The position numbers were made by a program, and so were the translations under genes. Of a stretch of 64,000 bases of DNA, positions 24,652 to 37,267 are shown one piece after another (the first letter of the stretch is position 1; the number at the start of each line of letters is the position of its first letter). The notes beneath the pieces are model-generated. The model made no database searches, was not told the origin of the DNA, and saw only the letters and a program-made list of their open reading frames with translations. This DNA comes from Gekko japonicus (lineage: Eukaryota), in assembly GCF_001447785.1 (NCBI RefSeq), contig NW_015164186.1, positions 717,781 to 781,780 on the forward strand. Reading direction: 5' to 3'.

Positions 24652-27600
24652 GTACTGCCCCCATGCCAATCCTAGGCTGCAACTCCCTTCCCTCATCATG
24701 TGTTCTGTTTTTTGCCATGTTGAGCACCATTTCCCTCACAAGAGAAGACTGAGGAAAAGTAGGAACTGAGAAGTTCTGCTCTCTCTTCATCACCAGTTAC
24801 AATTTCACTTTCCCTCAATGGGCCCTTGCTCTTTTTCTTTCTTTGAACAGGAATTTATTTGACCTTTCATTTGTAGCAGAGTTGGACTTCCAACACATCT
24901 CGGTAATTGAAATCTCCCATGACCACTGTGTCCTGTCTATTTGAGGACTTTGTAATCTGTTCTAGGAGCGTCTTATCCAAGTCCTCTGCTTGGCTTGGTA
25001 GTCTAAAGCAATTCAAAAGTAGGAACTGAGCAGTTCTGCTCTCCATCACCAGTTACAATTTCACTTTCCCTCAATGGGCCCTTGCTCTTTTTCTTTCTTT
25101 GAACAGGAATTTATTTGACCTTTCATTTGTAGCAGAGTTGGACTTCCAACACATATCTCGGTAATTTAAATCTCCCATGATTCCTCACAAGTATATATCT
25201 CCTTTACATTTAATGCTACTCCTCCCCCCTTCCGTATTTGTTGTACCCCTCAATCCTACTATTCAAATTGTGTCATCCCACCAAGTTTCAGTCATAGTCC
25301 CCTTCCTGAATTAGGACTTCAAGATCCTCCTGCTTGTTTCCCATACACTGCGCATTAATAGACACTACAAAATCCATGATTTATGTGCCCTGAGATTTTT
25401 GTTTCTGTACTTACCTGCGAGTTAATGTTTCCTAGCATATGTGCCACTCCCCGCAAATCTTTAGTGTTCTTATTTCCAATTATTGGAATCATACTAGGCT
25501 TTGAATTTTTGTCTCGCTCCCCCATAGAATTTAGTTTAATGCCCTCCTTATTAGGTTTCCAAGACTCTTACCAAACACATTTTTTCCTGTCCTTGTGAGG
25601 TGCAAACCCTCTCCCAATAGAAGAGCTTCATCTCGAAAGCATAAGCCATGGTCCAAAAAACCAAACCTTTCCTGATGACACCATCTAGATAGTCATTTAT
25701 TTGCAGTATTCTTCTTTCCCTTCCTAAGCCATGGCCTTTGACGGGAAGAACTGATGAAAACACAACCTGTGTTCCCAGGTCCTTCACCTTTTTACCCAGA
25801 GCCAAATAGTCTCTTTTAATATGTTTTGGGCTTTGCCAGGCAGTATCATTTTTTCCCCTTCACCTTTTTACCCAGAGCCAAATAGACTCTTTTAATATGT
25901 TTTGGGCTGTGCCAGGCAGTATCATTTTTTTTCCCACATGGATGAGCAAGAAAGGATAATAATCCATCAGCTTGATGAGTTTTCCTACCCTTTCTGTCAC
26001 ATCCTGGATGCGCTTGGTAGACAGCATACCTCTTGAGACAAGTCCAGTTGGCACACTCTAGCCTCTACCTCTCTCAGCAGGGAATCTCCAATTACCAGCA
26101 CACACATTCTCCTATATTGGAGAGCAGAAGCTCAAGTCCTCTCATCCACGGGGGCCTGAGAAATTTCCTTCAAGCTCCGGGGAGTCAGGGGGAGTAGCCC
26201 TTGTTCCAGTGGTCCAGAATCAATATCTATGGGGAGATCCTGGAACCGCTTGCTTAGCAACAGAGGCGTAGAATGTCTCCTGATTTTCCTGCTTCTGTGG
26301 GTTACATTCTTCCATGCGCACTCCTCCTGTGGTGAGTGCTCCTCCATTTGCTGAGAAATCTTTTCCTCCTCCTCCTGTTTCCCTCTCAGGAGCGCTTCAT
26401 GTATTCTGTCCATGAACTCTTCACTTTCCCTTATAAAATGGAATGTGGAAAAGCATGTCTCAAGTCCCTGTATCTTCTCCTCCAGTAGGGCTAGCATCTT
26501 ACACTTGCTGCAAGTGTAATTGCTGTTACCCTCAGGTAAGAATACAAACATACCACAGACTTTGCTTGTCACTGCCTCAGCTCCCTCACCAGCCGTGCGG
26601 CTGCAATGCAGAAGTGGTTCAGTTTTTCTTGCACTTCCCTGATAACTCCCTTGTCAAATTGCCTCACAAGACTATTTGCAAAGAAGTTGCCTGCTCATTC
26701 TTCTGAGAACTGATGAGGACATTTGCAAGCATGGCAGCAAAACACACCTTGGATTTTGATCCAGAAAAAAAATAAATGGTGCACCCTGTGTCAAAAATGG
26801 GAAATGAGGCCCTCTGTGAGAAGAACTTCCATGTTTCCTGTAGCAAAACTTGGAAGCGGAACAGAAAGTGGTGACTCTATACAAACTGCCGGCTTTTCCT
26901 GGAATGTATCCCAGGAAAATTGGTGGTTCATGAATGCCCTGCCTCCTGTTTCCAGACACAATCACAAATTGGAAGGCACAGAAGCACTCTTCACTCCATC
27001 ATAGCAAAAAGGGAGAAAAGAGGGTCAACCCTGAAAAGCAGGAGAATCTAGCTCCTACAAGCTCAGTGACCCCAAGAGTATGACAGATTTATTCATTTTA
27101 TTTATTTATTTGATTTATAGACTGCCCTCCCCTATGTGTAGGGCTCAGGGCGGTGAACAAAATATTCAATAAATACATATACAGATCAGATTAAAACAGT
27201 TAAAAACAATAAACAACTTTTATAACTATTTCAGCTGGCACTTAAAGGATCAGTTTAGGTCCTTGCCCCATGAGGGGAGAGAGATGGAGGAGGCCAGGCT
27301 TGATGAAAACCATTGCTGTCCTTAGCCATAGGCCTGGTGGAACATCTCTGTCTTAGAGGCCCTGCGGAACTGCACTAGGTCTTGCAGGGCACAGATGCCA
27401 TTAGGCAGAGAGTTCCACCAGGCCGATGCCAGGGCCAAAAAGTCCCTGGCTATGGTTGAGGACAGCCAGATATCTTTCAGGCCCTGTCCTTAGCCATAGG
27501 CCTGGTGGAACATCTCTGTCTTAGAGGCCCTGCGGAACTGCACTAGGTCCCGCAGGGCACAGATGTCATTAGGCAGAGAGTTCCACCAGGCCGATGCCAG

Positions 27601-27934
27601 GGCCAAAAAGTCCCTGGCTATGGTTGAGGACAGCCAGATATCTTTCAGGCCAGGGATCACCAGGAGATTTTGCTGCTTGAGAGCATAGTGGTCTTCAAAG
27701 GGTATATCAGGAGAGGCAATCCCATAGATACATTGGTCCCAGACTGTTTAGGGCCTTAAAGATTAGTGCCAAACCTTGAATCTGATCCAGTATTCAACCT
27801 GGAGCCAGTGCAGCTGGCGAAGCACTGGTTTAATGTGTGCAGTCATTCGGGTACCTGTAAGGAGCAGGGCGGCTGCATTCTGGACCTGTTGTAGTTTCCG
27901 GGTCAGCCTCAAGGGTGGTCCTGCATAGAGGGTG

Positions 27935-30565
27935 TTATTTATTTATTTATTTTGTATACCGGGCTCCCTGCCAGGGCAGGCTCAGGGCGGCTTACAGAAT
28001 GAATATATATATATTCCAGACACAATCTGGAACTTTATATATAAAATGAGGTATGTTAAAACACAAGCTTTAAATAAAACCACAACATGCAAAATCATAG
28101 ATACTAGCAAACATGGGTGCTAATAAGTGATGGTGGCATTCTTTCGGCATCCAGATAGTTAACTACTACCATAGTCTGGGTTCTTGCTAGGCTATTTAGT
28201 TATTAAGTTGGTACTGATACTGGGGCCAGGGCCACAGTATTGGGAGGCGGCACCCTAATCGAAAGCCTGGTGGAAGAGCTCCGTTTTACAGGCCCTGCGA
28301 AACTGTAAAAGGTCCCGCAGGGCCCTGGTGTCGTCCGGGAGCTCATTCCACCAGTACGGGGCCACCACAGAATAGGCCCTGGCCCTTGTCACAGCTAGCC
28401 TGGCTTCTTTAGGACCTGGAAGGGCCAGATGGTTTTGGGACCCCGATCTTAGTGCTCTCTGGGGAACATATAAGGAAAGATGCTCCCTTAGGTAAGTAGG
28501 TCCCTGACCATATAGGGCTTTAAAGGTAAGAACCAGCACCTTGAACCGAATCCGGTATGCTATAGGCAGCCAGTGCAGTGCTTTTAGGGCAGGCTGGATG
28601 TGCTCCCACATAGGGAGACACAATAACAGCCTCGCCACTGCATTCTGCACCAGCTGCAGCTTCCGGACATGGGACAAGGGCAGCCCCATGTAGAGAACAT
28701 TACAGTAATCCAATCTCGAGGTGACCATTGTGTGGATCACTGTTGCCAGGTCATTGCGTTCAAGGAAGGGAACTAACTGCTTAATCAGCCGCAGATGATA
28801 AAAGGCAGACTTTGCAGTGGCTGCTACCTGGGCCTCCATTGTTAACGAGGCACCCAAGAGCACTCCCAAGCTTCTAACCTCTGGCACTGGCACCAATGCT
28901 GCCCCATCGAAGGTCAGGAGTAGAATCCCTAACCTTGGCCCGCTCCGACTTAGGCACAGTACCTCCGTCTTTGTCGGATTCAATTTCAGTCGACTCAGTC
29001 TAAGCCAACCAGCCAGGTCCAGATCTTCCGAACTAGTCCGACTGGCCGTCCAACGACAGATAGAGCTGGGTGTCATCTGCATATTGGTGACAACNNNNNN
29101 NNNNNNNNNNNNNNNNNNNNNNNNNNNNNNNNNNNNNNNNNNNNNNNNNNNNNNNNNNNNNNNNNNNNNNNNNNNNNNNNNNNNNNNNNNNNNNNNNNNN
29201 NNNNNNNNNNNNNNNNNNNNNNNNNNNNNNNNNNNNNNNNNNNNNNNNNNNNNNNNNNNNNNNNNNNNNNNNNNNNNNNNNNNNNNNNNNNNNNNNNNNN
29301 NNNNNNNNNNNNNNNNNNNNNNNNNNNNNNNNNNNNNNNNNNNNNNNNNNNNNNNNNNNNNNNNNNNNNNNNNNNNNNNNNNNNNNNNNNNNNNNNNNNN
29401 NNNNNNNNNNNNNNNNNNNNNNNNNNNNNNNNNNNNNNNNNNNNNNNNNNNNNNNNNNNNNNNNNNNNNNNNNNNNNNNNNNNNNNNNNNNNNNNNNNNN
29501 NNNNNNNNNNNNNNNNNNNNNNNNNNNNNNNNNNNNNNNNNNNNNNNNNNNNNNNNNNNNNNNNNNNNNNNNNNNNNNNNNNNNNNNNNNNNNNNNNNNN
29601 NNNNNNNNNNNNNNNNNNNNNNNNNNNNNNNNNNNNNNNNNNNNNNNNNNNNNNNNNNNNNNNNNNNNNNNNNNNNNNNNNNNNNNNNNNNNNNGAAATA
29701 GCTCGCAAAAGTCTCACAGCCAATCTCCAATTCCTTATCATTTGATCTTCCCTGTGGCAGAGTAGTAATAGATTGAATTGTTCTAAATAATTGGGCTGGG
29801 CGAGAGCTCGCAGACGCAATCATGGCTGCGTAATATTCTCTTTTCGCAGCCTTGACTGCCATCTCATAGGATCTCATAAACGTCCTATAGGATGCTCTTG
29901 TTGCTTCGTCCTGAGCCCATCGCCAATGTCTCTCTAGCCATCTAAGCTCCCACTTCATCAACCTCAGCTCCTCTGCGTACCATGGAGCGAGTTTAGAGCG
30001 GGGGCGCAGAGGGCGTCGGGGAGCAATCTCATCAATAGCTACCGAGAGTTGGCTTTGCCAGTCCTCATCAAGCTCATCCAATAAGCCGCCAGGGTGCATC
30101 GGATCCCACAGAGCCATTTGGAACTGCATAGGGTCTGTTTGGCTTCGCGAGCAAGTTAAAATACGCTCGCCACCCAAACAAGGTTGGGGTGGCACATTCA
30201 TGCGGGCCTTCAGGGCATGGCGGTCCAACCATGGAACTGCCATAGCAGTAATTCGGTCCACTGTGGCCCCCACCACGAAGATCAGATCAAGTGTGTGCAG
30301 ATCAAGTGTGGGAGCCATAACATATTGGGAGAGTCCTAGCGCCACTATGGACAACACCAGGTTCATTGCCTGTGTGGAGGTCGTGTCATCGGCATGGACA
30401 TTGAAGTCACCCAGGACTAACAGTCTAGGGTGCTCCAGTTCCCAGCCTGATACAGCCTCCAGCAGGGATGGCAGGCTATTTGCCAGTGCGTTGGGTGGAC
30501 AGTACACCAGCCAAACAGCCAAACTCTCCCCGACTTCCCACACAAAGCCAGCACACTCTATGCCC
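27935..30565 (-). mobile_element. L2-clade LINE, ORF2 from endonuclease to C-terminus (spans the assembly gap)
   Basis: VYCPP, LGDFNVH, LDYCN and LHWLPIAYRIRFK motifs. (TTTA)n tail at ~27935. Confidence 0.9.
29095..29694. other. Assembly gap (600 N)
   Basis: Run of N. Confidence 1.
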
Positions 30566-31326
30566 ATGAGCTTCAGCTCAGTAGTCTAACCTAGAGTAGT
30601 CTAACCAGTAGTCTAACCTGGAGGTCACCATTGCATGGATTACTGTGGCTAGGTCAGGGCGAGACAGGAAGGGGACCAGTCGCCTGATCTGCCACAGCTG
30701 AAGAAATGCCAGTCTTGCAGTGTTTGTGATCTAGGCCTCCATTGATAAGGAGGCGTCCAGAAGCACACCCAGGCTCTTGGTGGTCAGTACCGGTGTTAGA
30801 GATACACTGTTGAGAGCTGAGAGTTGGCACCTCAACCTTGAAACCCCTCCACCCAGCCACAGAACTGCCATCTTTGATAGATTGTCTCAGCCAGTTCTGT
30901 TTCAACCATCCAACCATGGCCTCCAGCCCATAAAATAGTTGGGGCAGCATCCGTCTGTCCATCCACCAACATATATACCTGGGTTTCATTTACATACTGA
31001 TGGCAACCCAGCCCCAAACTCTGCATCAGCTGGGTGAGGGGACACATATAGTTGTTAAACAACATTGGAGAGAGGATTGCCCCCTGGGGGACCTCACACA
31101 CCAAGAGGTGTCAGGATGACACCCTCTCTCCTAGCGCCACCCTCTGTCCCCAACCATGTAGCCATTGTGCTGGTTTGCTATGCAAAGTGCTAGCTTAGAG
31201 CCACAATGCCTACCCAGAAAAAGTGGAGCCTCTCTTGACACCTGCAGTCTATTGTGGCTATTAGAGACAATTGCGAGATTCTTCCACTGCCTGGTTAAAA
31301 TGGTTCCAGAAAAGACAGTTCTTTAG

Positions 31327-31767
31327 TGTCAGGATCCTGGTTAAATCAGTTCTCACCAGTCACTTCAAAGAAAGCTAACTTTATTGAGACATTGATAGAT
31401 ACCATACTGGACACAAGCTATTGTTAGGACTGAAGTTGAACGTGCGAAGGTTACAGATGTAGTGTGTTCAAATAAAAGCACGAAAGATCAGGACCCAATC
31501 ACCCCACGGTTTTTGCTTGCCAGAATTAACAGTCAACTACCCCCCCACACTAAGCACATACCTCTCCCAGAGTATCCCTCCCACCAAAACTGTTGCCTAC
31601 CCCCCCCAGACATGTAGCCTCTACAAAGCAAGAAAAACAGAATAACAGACATTTGAGAAGCCAGGGCATTTGGCCCCACTAAGGTGACAAGCCTCTGGCA
31701 CATCAAAAAGAGAGAAACCTCCTCTCTCAATGGCAAGCAAGCTGTAAAATGCATAGGGAGCCTGACA
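31327..31767 (-). repeat. 3' LTR of the Gypsy element
   Basis: tgtcagg...cctgaca termini. AATAAA at 31380-31385 on the minus strand. Confidence 0.95.
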
Positions 31768-31789
31768 TACTGCCCCCCTCCAAGACCTC

Positions 31790-34700
31790 TTTCTCCTTCT
31801 GTTTGTGAGGGTCTTTGTTATGGAATACACAGGTTAGAGAGGGGGCTCTAGCATGTGTACATTTCACCCACTCATTATGCAATTCATCAAAATCCTTCCA
31901 TTTGATTAAATAGTACAGTTCGTTCTGTCTCAACTTAGAATCAAGGATCTCTTCTACTTCATGGTGGGGTTCACCATCTATCATCAGAGGAGGTGGGGCA
32001 GCTGGACGAGGGCCCCACTTGTTTGGGCCCAGATCCTTTTTTAGCAGACTGAAATGAAATACAGGGCGAATATGCCTCAGAGTCTTGGGTAACTCAAGTT
32101 CTACAGCCACTTCGTTCAAGACTTTCAACACTTTGAAAGGGCCAATATACTTCCACCCCAATTTCCTGCCCCGGCTGGATCCCCTTCAAATTTTTTTGTT
32201 GAGAAGTACACTGAGTCCCCAGGCTGTAAGTCCCATTCAAGAGCCCTCCCTTTATCAGCTTGTTTTTTGTAGTCTTCTTTTGCCTTTCTCAGAGTCTCTT
32301 GGATTGTGGACCATCGATCCTTTATGTCCCACCACCATTATTTCAAATCTCCCGGTTTGGGCTCCTGAGTAGTCACCGTGCGGAGAAGGCCCTTCGTATC
32401 TCTGCACAGCCTTAAAAGGTGAGAGGCCAGTAGAATGTATACTGAGTTATTATAACTGTATTCCGCGTAAGGGAGGAGGTTGACTGAGTTGTCCTGTTGG
32501 TAATTGTGAAGCACCAGAGGAATTGTTCTACCACTTGATTCAGCCTCTCAGTTTGCCCATCCGTCTCTGGGTGACAGGAGCTGCTGAGACCTTGCTCAAC
32601 CCCCAACAGCTGTAGCAGCTCCTTCCAAAATTTAGCGAGAACTGCGATCCCCTGTCCGAAATGATCTTGTGAGGAATGGAATGCAGCCTCACGATGTGCT
32701 GCATGAACAGCTTAGCTAGTGACCTGGCCGAGGGCAATTGTGTACAAGGAATAAAGTGTGCCTGCTTGGAGAATGTGTCGACCACCACTCAAATAACTGT
32801 TTTACCTTTTCTGGGTGGTGTCCTGGGTCAGAGCAGACTCAGCCAAGATCAAGGGGACGAGACAGAATCACTAACCAGAAGCATAAGTCAAGAGTTCAGT
32901 CCAAGAGTCATACACAAGGGAAGCCAGCCGAGGGTCCAAGAAACAAAGTTCAAGCAGGTCCAGGGTCAAAGCCAAAGGTTCATAAATAGCAGCCAGAAAC
33001 AGGTCCGGGTGGTGTGGTTGCACGTTTCCAGGGAGATAACAAGTTGCTCCCACACCTTCTTCCTCTGAAACCCCATCCTTTATCAGCAGCTCACAGCTGG
33101 GTCTCATTGCTTACAAGAGGGCTGTCCATTAACTCCAGGTGTTCCTCTTGATCTGGCAGTTGCCAAGCAGCAAGGCATGCGCTCCGCCTCCTCTTGAGGA
33201 GCTCCAAGTGCACCCACCTCCTCCTGCGTTCCCTGGCTCTCTGGGGACAGAGGAGGCGAGGCAGCCTGTGAAGTTTCCCCATGATCTTGGGTTGTTTCTT
33301 CCGTGTTCCCAGTGTTCATGGGGCTGGAGTGCCTGCTCTCTTCATCAACTGGAGCACTAGGACCTGCATGTGCTGTCTCAGGGTTGTTAGAAGCATCAGT
33401 TGGCTGAGTCTCAGGGCTGCTGACAGGGCTGTTATCAGAATCAGCTGAGTGCTCTTCAGTTAAAGCAGACTGGCCCACGACAGGTGGTAAGTCCATTGAA
33501 ATCCCTCTGGCTTTTCAAAGGGTTGTAATGTCTCAGGAGGCTTTCCTGGCCTTCGCTTCCCATTAGGCAGGTCTGACAGGAACCCACGTATTGCGATATC
33601 TGCCCTCATAAGCAGCCACCAAAATTGCCTTTGAAGGAGGTGCAAAGTTTTCAGGTATCCAAAATGCCCTGCCAGTTTATTTTCGTCCACCAAAGTCAGA
33701 ATTTCCCCTCTCAATGCTTTAGGCATGAACAGCCTCCCACCTCTGTACCAACAGCCATCCCCTTTCTGCTCTGCTGAATTGTCAGTTTGAATGTCCTCCG
33801 TGTCCCCCTCTGAAAAAGCTGTTTTAAATGTACAAATCCAGAGTTCAACATCAATGAGGGCCTCCGCTTTCACCCGGCTGCAAGTTACCACTCCCCCCCC
33901 CAACTGAGTGGGTGTGAACATAAGAGTCTATGACTTCTTCCCGCTGGCTGTCATGTTGCAAGAGGCGGGATAGTGTGTCAGCCAGAGACTTTGACTTCCC
34001 AGGGAGGTGCTAGAGGGTGAACTGAAATTTAGAGAAAAACTCTGCCCAGCAGAGCTGCTTGGCGTCCAGGCACCTGGGCGTGCATAATGCCTCCAAATTT
34101 TTGTGGTCTGTCCACACTTCAAATGGCACCCTCACCCCCTCCAGCCAGTGCCTCCAGGTAGTAAGGGCAAGTTTGATGGCAGCCACCTCCTTGTCCCAAA
34201 CAGCCCAATTACACTCCGTGGGGGAGAACTTTTTAGACACATATGCCAGGGGGTGGAGTTTCCCATCCTCTCCTTGCTGCAGGATCACCCCTCCCATAGC
34301 CCCATTGGAAGCATCCACTTAGATTACAGAAGGCTTGTTTTCATCAGGAAGATGTAAAATGGGCTCAGAGGTGAACAACCCCTTGAGTTTTTAAAATGCC
34401 TGCTGGCACTCGGGGGGTCCAGTCCAGTTAGGTATTTGGCTTATTACTGTCAGGACCCTTCCCCTTCATTTTTAACAAGTCAGTAAGAGGCAAGGCCACA
34501 TGGGTGAAGTTTGGGATGAATGTGCGGTAGAAATTGGTGAACCCAATAAATGATTGGAGTTGGCGCCAGGTTTGAGGAGCCTCCCACCCCACCACGTCCA
34601 CACCCAGTTCCTTCCCTGAAATTCGATATCCCAGGAAATCCAGTTCATCCTTATGAAACTCACACTTGGAGAGCTTGACAAAGAGCCAATGCTTGTAAAG

Positions 34701-35850
34701 GGTTTGGAGCACCTCTCGAACCAACTTTACATGCGAGTCTTTATCTTTTGAACAGAGCAAGATATCATCTAAGTACACTAGCACCCCCTTGAATAAATGT
34801 TTGTGGAACACTTCATTGATTAGATTCATAGAAACCCCAGGAGCTCCCGCTAACCCAAATGACATCTTCAGGTATTCAAACTGTCCCAACGGGGTATTGA
34901 AAGCCATTTTGTGTTCATCCCCCTCCCGAACGCGCACTCTGTAGTAAGCATCACGCAAGTCAAGTTTGGTGAAAATGCGCCCCTGGGAAGCTTCCACCAG
35001 GAGGTCTTTGATGAGCAGGAGAGGGTAAGCATTGGACACAGACACTGCGTTTAAGCCCTGGTAGACTGTACACAGCCGCAGCCCACTGTCCTTCTTTTGG
35101 AAGAGGATGGGGGCAGCAAAGGGGGCTGGGCTCATTGCGTACAACTTGCCTTTGGGCATTTTACACCCTGGCAAAATTTCTACAGCACAGTCTGACTTTT
35201 TGGGGGGAGGCTTGTCTGCCTCCTCCTCTTCAAACATTCTAGCCAAGTATTGCCAAGTATTGCCAGAACCTATAATTTTCACCCAGATGGATGGGTCCCC
35301 AATGAAGGAGATGTGCAAGCCTTCAACAACTCTAGCCAAGTCTTTGTGCTCAAGAGGGATGAGATTGAGCTCTACCTGCGCCAAGCAAACATGTTCCGGA
35401 ATGGGAGTTGGCACCCCCCCACACACGCTTGGGATTCCACCCATGAGGTTTGCATCAGGGTCTGGGAAGTGCAGGGCCCCACCACTCCACTGAACATATG
35501 GGTCATGATATCAGAGCCAGGGGTTGCCTAGCACCATCAAGAATTTTGCAGCTGGGGTAATAATGAATGGGCGTTGCTCCCAATGGGACCCCGTTTCCAT
35601 TACCACATGCACAGTTTGATACTTGCATACCTCCTTCATTTGGAGACCCATCCATCTGGGTGAAAATTATAGGTCCTGGCAATACTTGGACCAGTACCCC
35701 GAGCCCGGTGACTAATGCTGGGCTGATTAATTCTCGGGCACACCCAGAGTCAATCAGAGCTCTCACTTGTATCTGGGTGCCCTGCACGGGGTTTATTACA
35801 GTCACCGTCACATAGAACAAAGGGGGAGAGGTTCTCACTGAACATGGCAC
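31790..35850 (-). pseudogene. Gypsy pol remnant (PR-RT-RH-IN-chromodomain)
   Basis: ORF fragments 35503-35850 (PR), 34428-35444 (RT), 34010-34318 (RH), 33460-33921 and 32412-32788 (IN), and 31727-32161 (GPF plus chromodomain HEVEEILDSK...YYLIKWKDF...NEWV). Confidence 0.93.
32819..33482 (-). mobile_element. Solo LTR of a second LTR family inserted in the integrase
   Basis: TG...CA ends with imperfect inverted termini (tgtcctgggtcag / ctggcccacgaca) and TSD ggtgg (32814-32818, 33483-33487). Removing it restores DLPP-RKGKTVI.VVVDTFSK. Strand is inferred from the ORF remnant. Confidence 0.92.
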
Positions 35851-36049
35851 GTGGGACTTTCAGACCTGCCAGGTTGTGCCCTTCACAGCAGGTCCCAACC
35901 CTTTCCCGCCGGCACGTTGGGCTCGTCTCCACTGGAAGAGGCGCCATCAGACTCACTCTCCCAGCTCTCCTGCTTGAAGTGCTTTGGGTTGCTTCATCCA
36001 TGCCCCTCGCAACTTGAGCTTTTTCTCAGTGGCCTTGCGCGCACTTGGC

Positions 36050-37267
36050 TTCACATTTCCAGGGCTCTTGTCAAGGGGGCAACTAGCCGCAAAGTGCCCC
36101 GAAGTTCCCGTCGCATCCTTTGGTCTCTGATGGCCTCTCACGCCTTGGTTTTTGTCCCCTATGGTTCCACCGTCACTGCTGCTGCCACCCTCGTGTAAAC
36201 CTGGGGCTGGTACATCTGCAAGAGGTTGGAGTGGTTTTCTGCCTCAAAGGCCACCTGTATCCACCCATTCAGTGTTAGCAGGTTGCCCCAGGCCAGGGCC
36301 TGATCCAAAATGGACTGGTTCAGCCTGGCCTAGTAGAACTCTATTAGGACCTCTTCAAACCACCTTTGGAGATTTGCAGCATGTGTTTTGAACTCGTCCT
36401 AGTACTCCTGTACTGAGTACCCTCCCTGAAGCAGGTCCCTCAGGCGGGTGCGTGCTCTCTCCAGCTCCAGGGGGTCCTTGTATTGGTGTCGGAGTGCCCA
36501 AATGAAAGCATTCACATCTCAGAGTTCCGGGCCCCGGACATTGTGGAGACCTACGAGCCAGTCGGCCGCCCAGTCTTGGAGGCGCAACCTGATAAAATCC
36601 ATACCGTGCTCGTCTGTGGTGAAAGTGGGGCTGCAATTGCATAAGAACCTGCACACCTGCAGCAGAAAAAATGCCAGCTTCTCTGGGGTGCCTTTGAACG
36701 TATCTTCCAAGGCATCGCGTGGCCACTCCGGAGCTGCCGGCGTTGCAGGCAGCACAGTCGGCCCCGCCGGGCCAGTAGGGATGACTGGGGGTGCTGGGGG
36801 GTAGGTGGGGGCACCTGCGGACGGGCTGGCGGCACCCTCCGTGCTCCATCCTGGGCCCGTCCGCGATTCCAGAACTCCTGCTGGATGGCATCCATGATGA
36901 TGCCCGGTAATTCCAGCATCATGGTTTGCATCTCTCACCTGATCTCTTCAGCCTCACCTCTGAACTCTCTGCGGAGATGCTCAACTTTAGTGTCCTCCAC
37001 AGCACAGATGTGCTCTGGGTCCTCCTGGGACAAGTGTCCGTTGCGCCTTCAGGTGCCATCATACACAAATCTCTCGAATCTCGGATCCAGAGTCACCACC
37101 CAGGTGGGCTCAGCCCAGGTGGGGAGTAGCGCCTAGGAGTCTCGGGTCCGTTCCCCACTTTCCACTCCTTTTGACTCTGCTGTTGCCCCCGGGGCCACCG
37201 TGGTCCCTTGCTCAGGTACGGCGCCATCCACTGCAGTTGTAGGAACTCCCCCGTCCTCTCCGCTCAT
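36050..37267 (-). pseudogene. Gypsy gag remnant
   Basis: FKGTPEKLAFFLLQV and RLQDWAADW capsid-like motifs, and a zinc-knuckle remnant GHFAASCP. Frameshifted. Confidence 0.8.

Larger units (their letters stand above)
19908..26650 (-). mobile_element. Near full-length degenerate CR1 LINE, split by later insertions
   Basis: (ATTCTATG)n-type tail at ~19908, ORF2 RT and endonuclease remnants (VVMGDFNY), ORF1 esterase remnants (VVFSSVLPVKG) and an N-terminal zinc finger (CGMF...CSKC) at 26132-26572. Confidence 0.9.
27088..31160 (-). mobile_element. Older L2 fragment (27088-27937 and 30579-31160) split by a younger L2
   Basis: Joining gcatagagggtgtt and cagtagtctaacct restores RLDYCNTLYAG. RT motifs continue at 30654-31104. 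Confidence 0.8.

Noticed and set aside
28255-30567. 770-aa ORF, and the 294-aa and 248-aa ORFs across the same region
   Set aside because: Their length comes from the 600-N gap. The sequence is an L2 ORF2 with a frameshift, not a host gene.
31727-32161. Domesticated chromodomain gene functionally linked to the PxVxL array
   Set aside because: Part of a decayed Gypsy pol with both LTRs and a TSD. The first cage aromatic is His, and PxVxL binds chromoshadow domains, not chromodomains. The co-location is probably chance.
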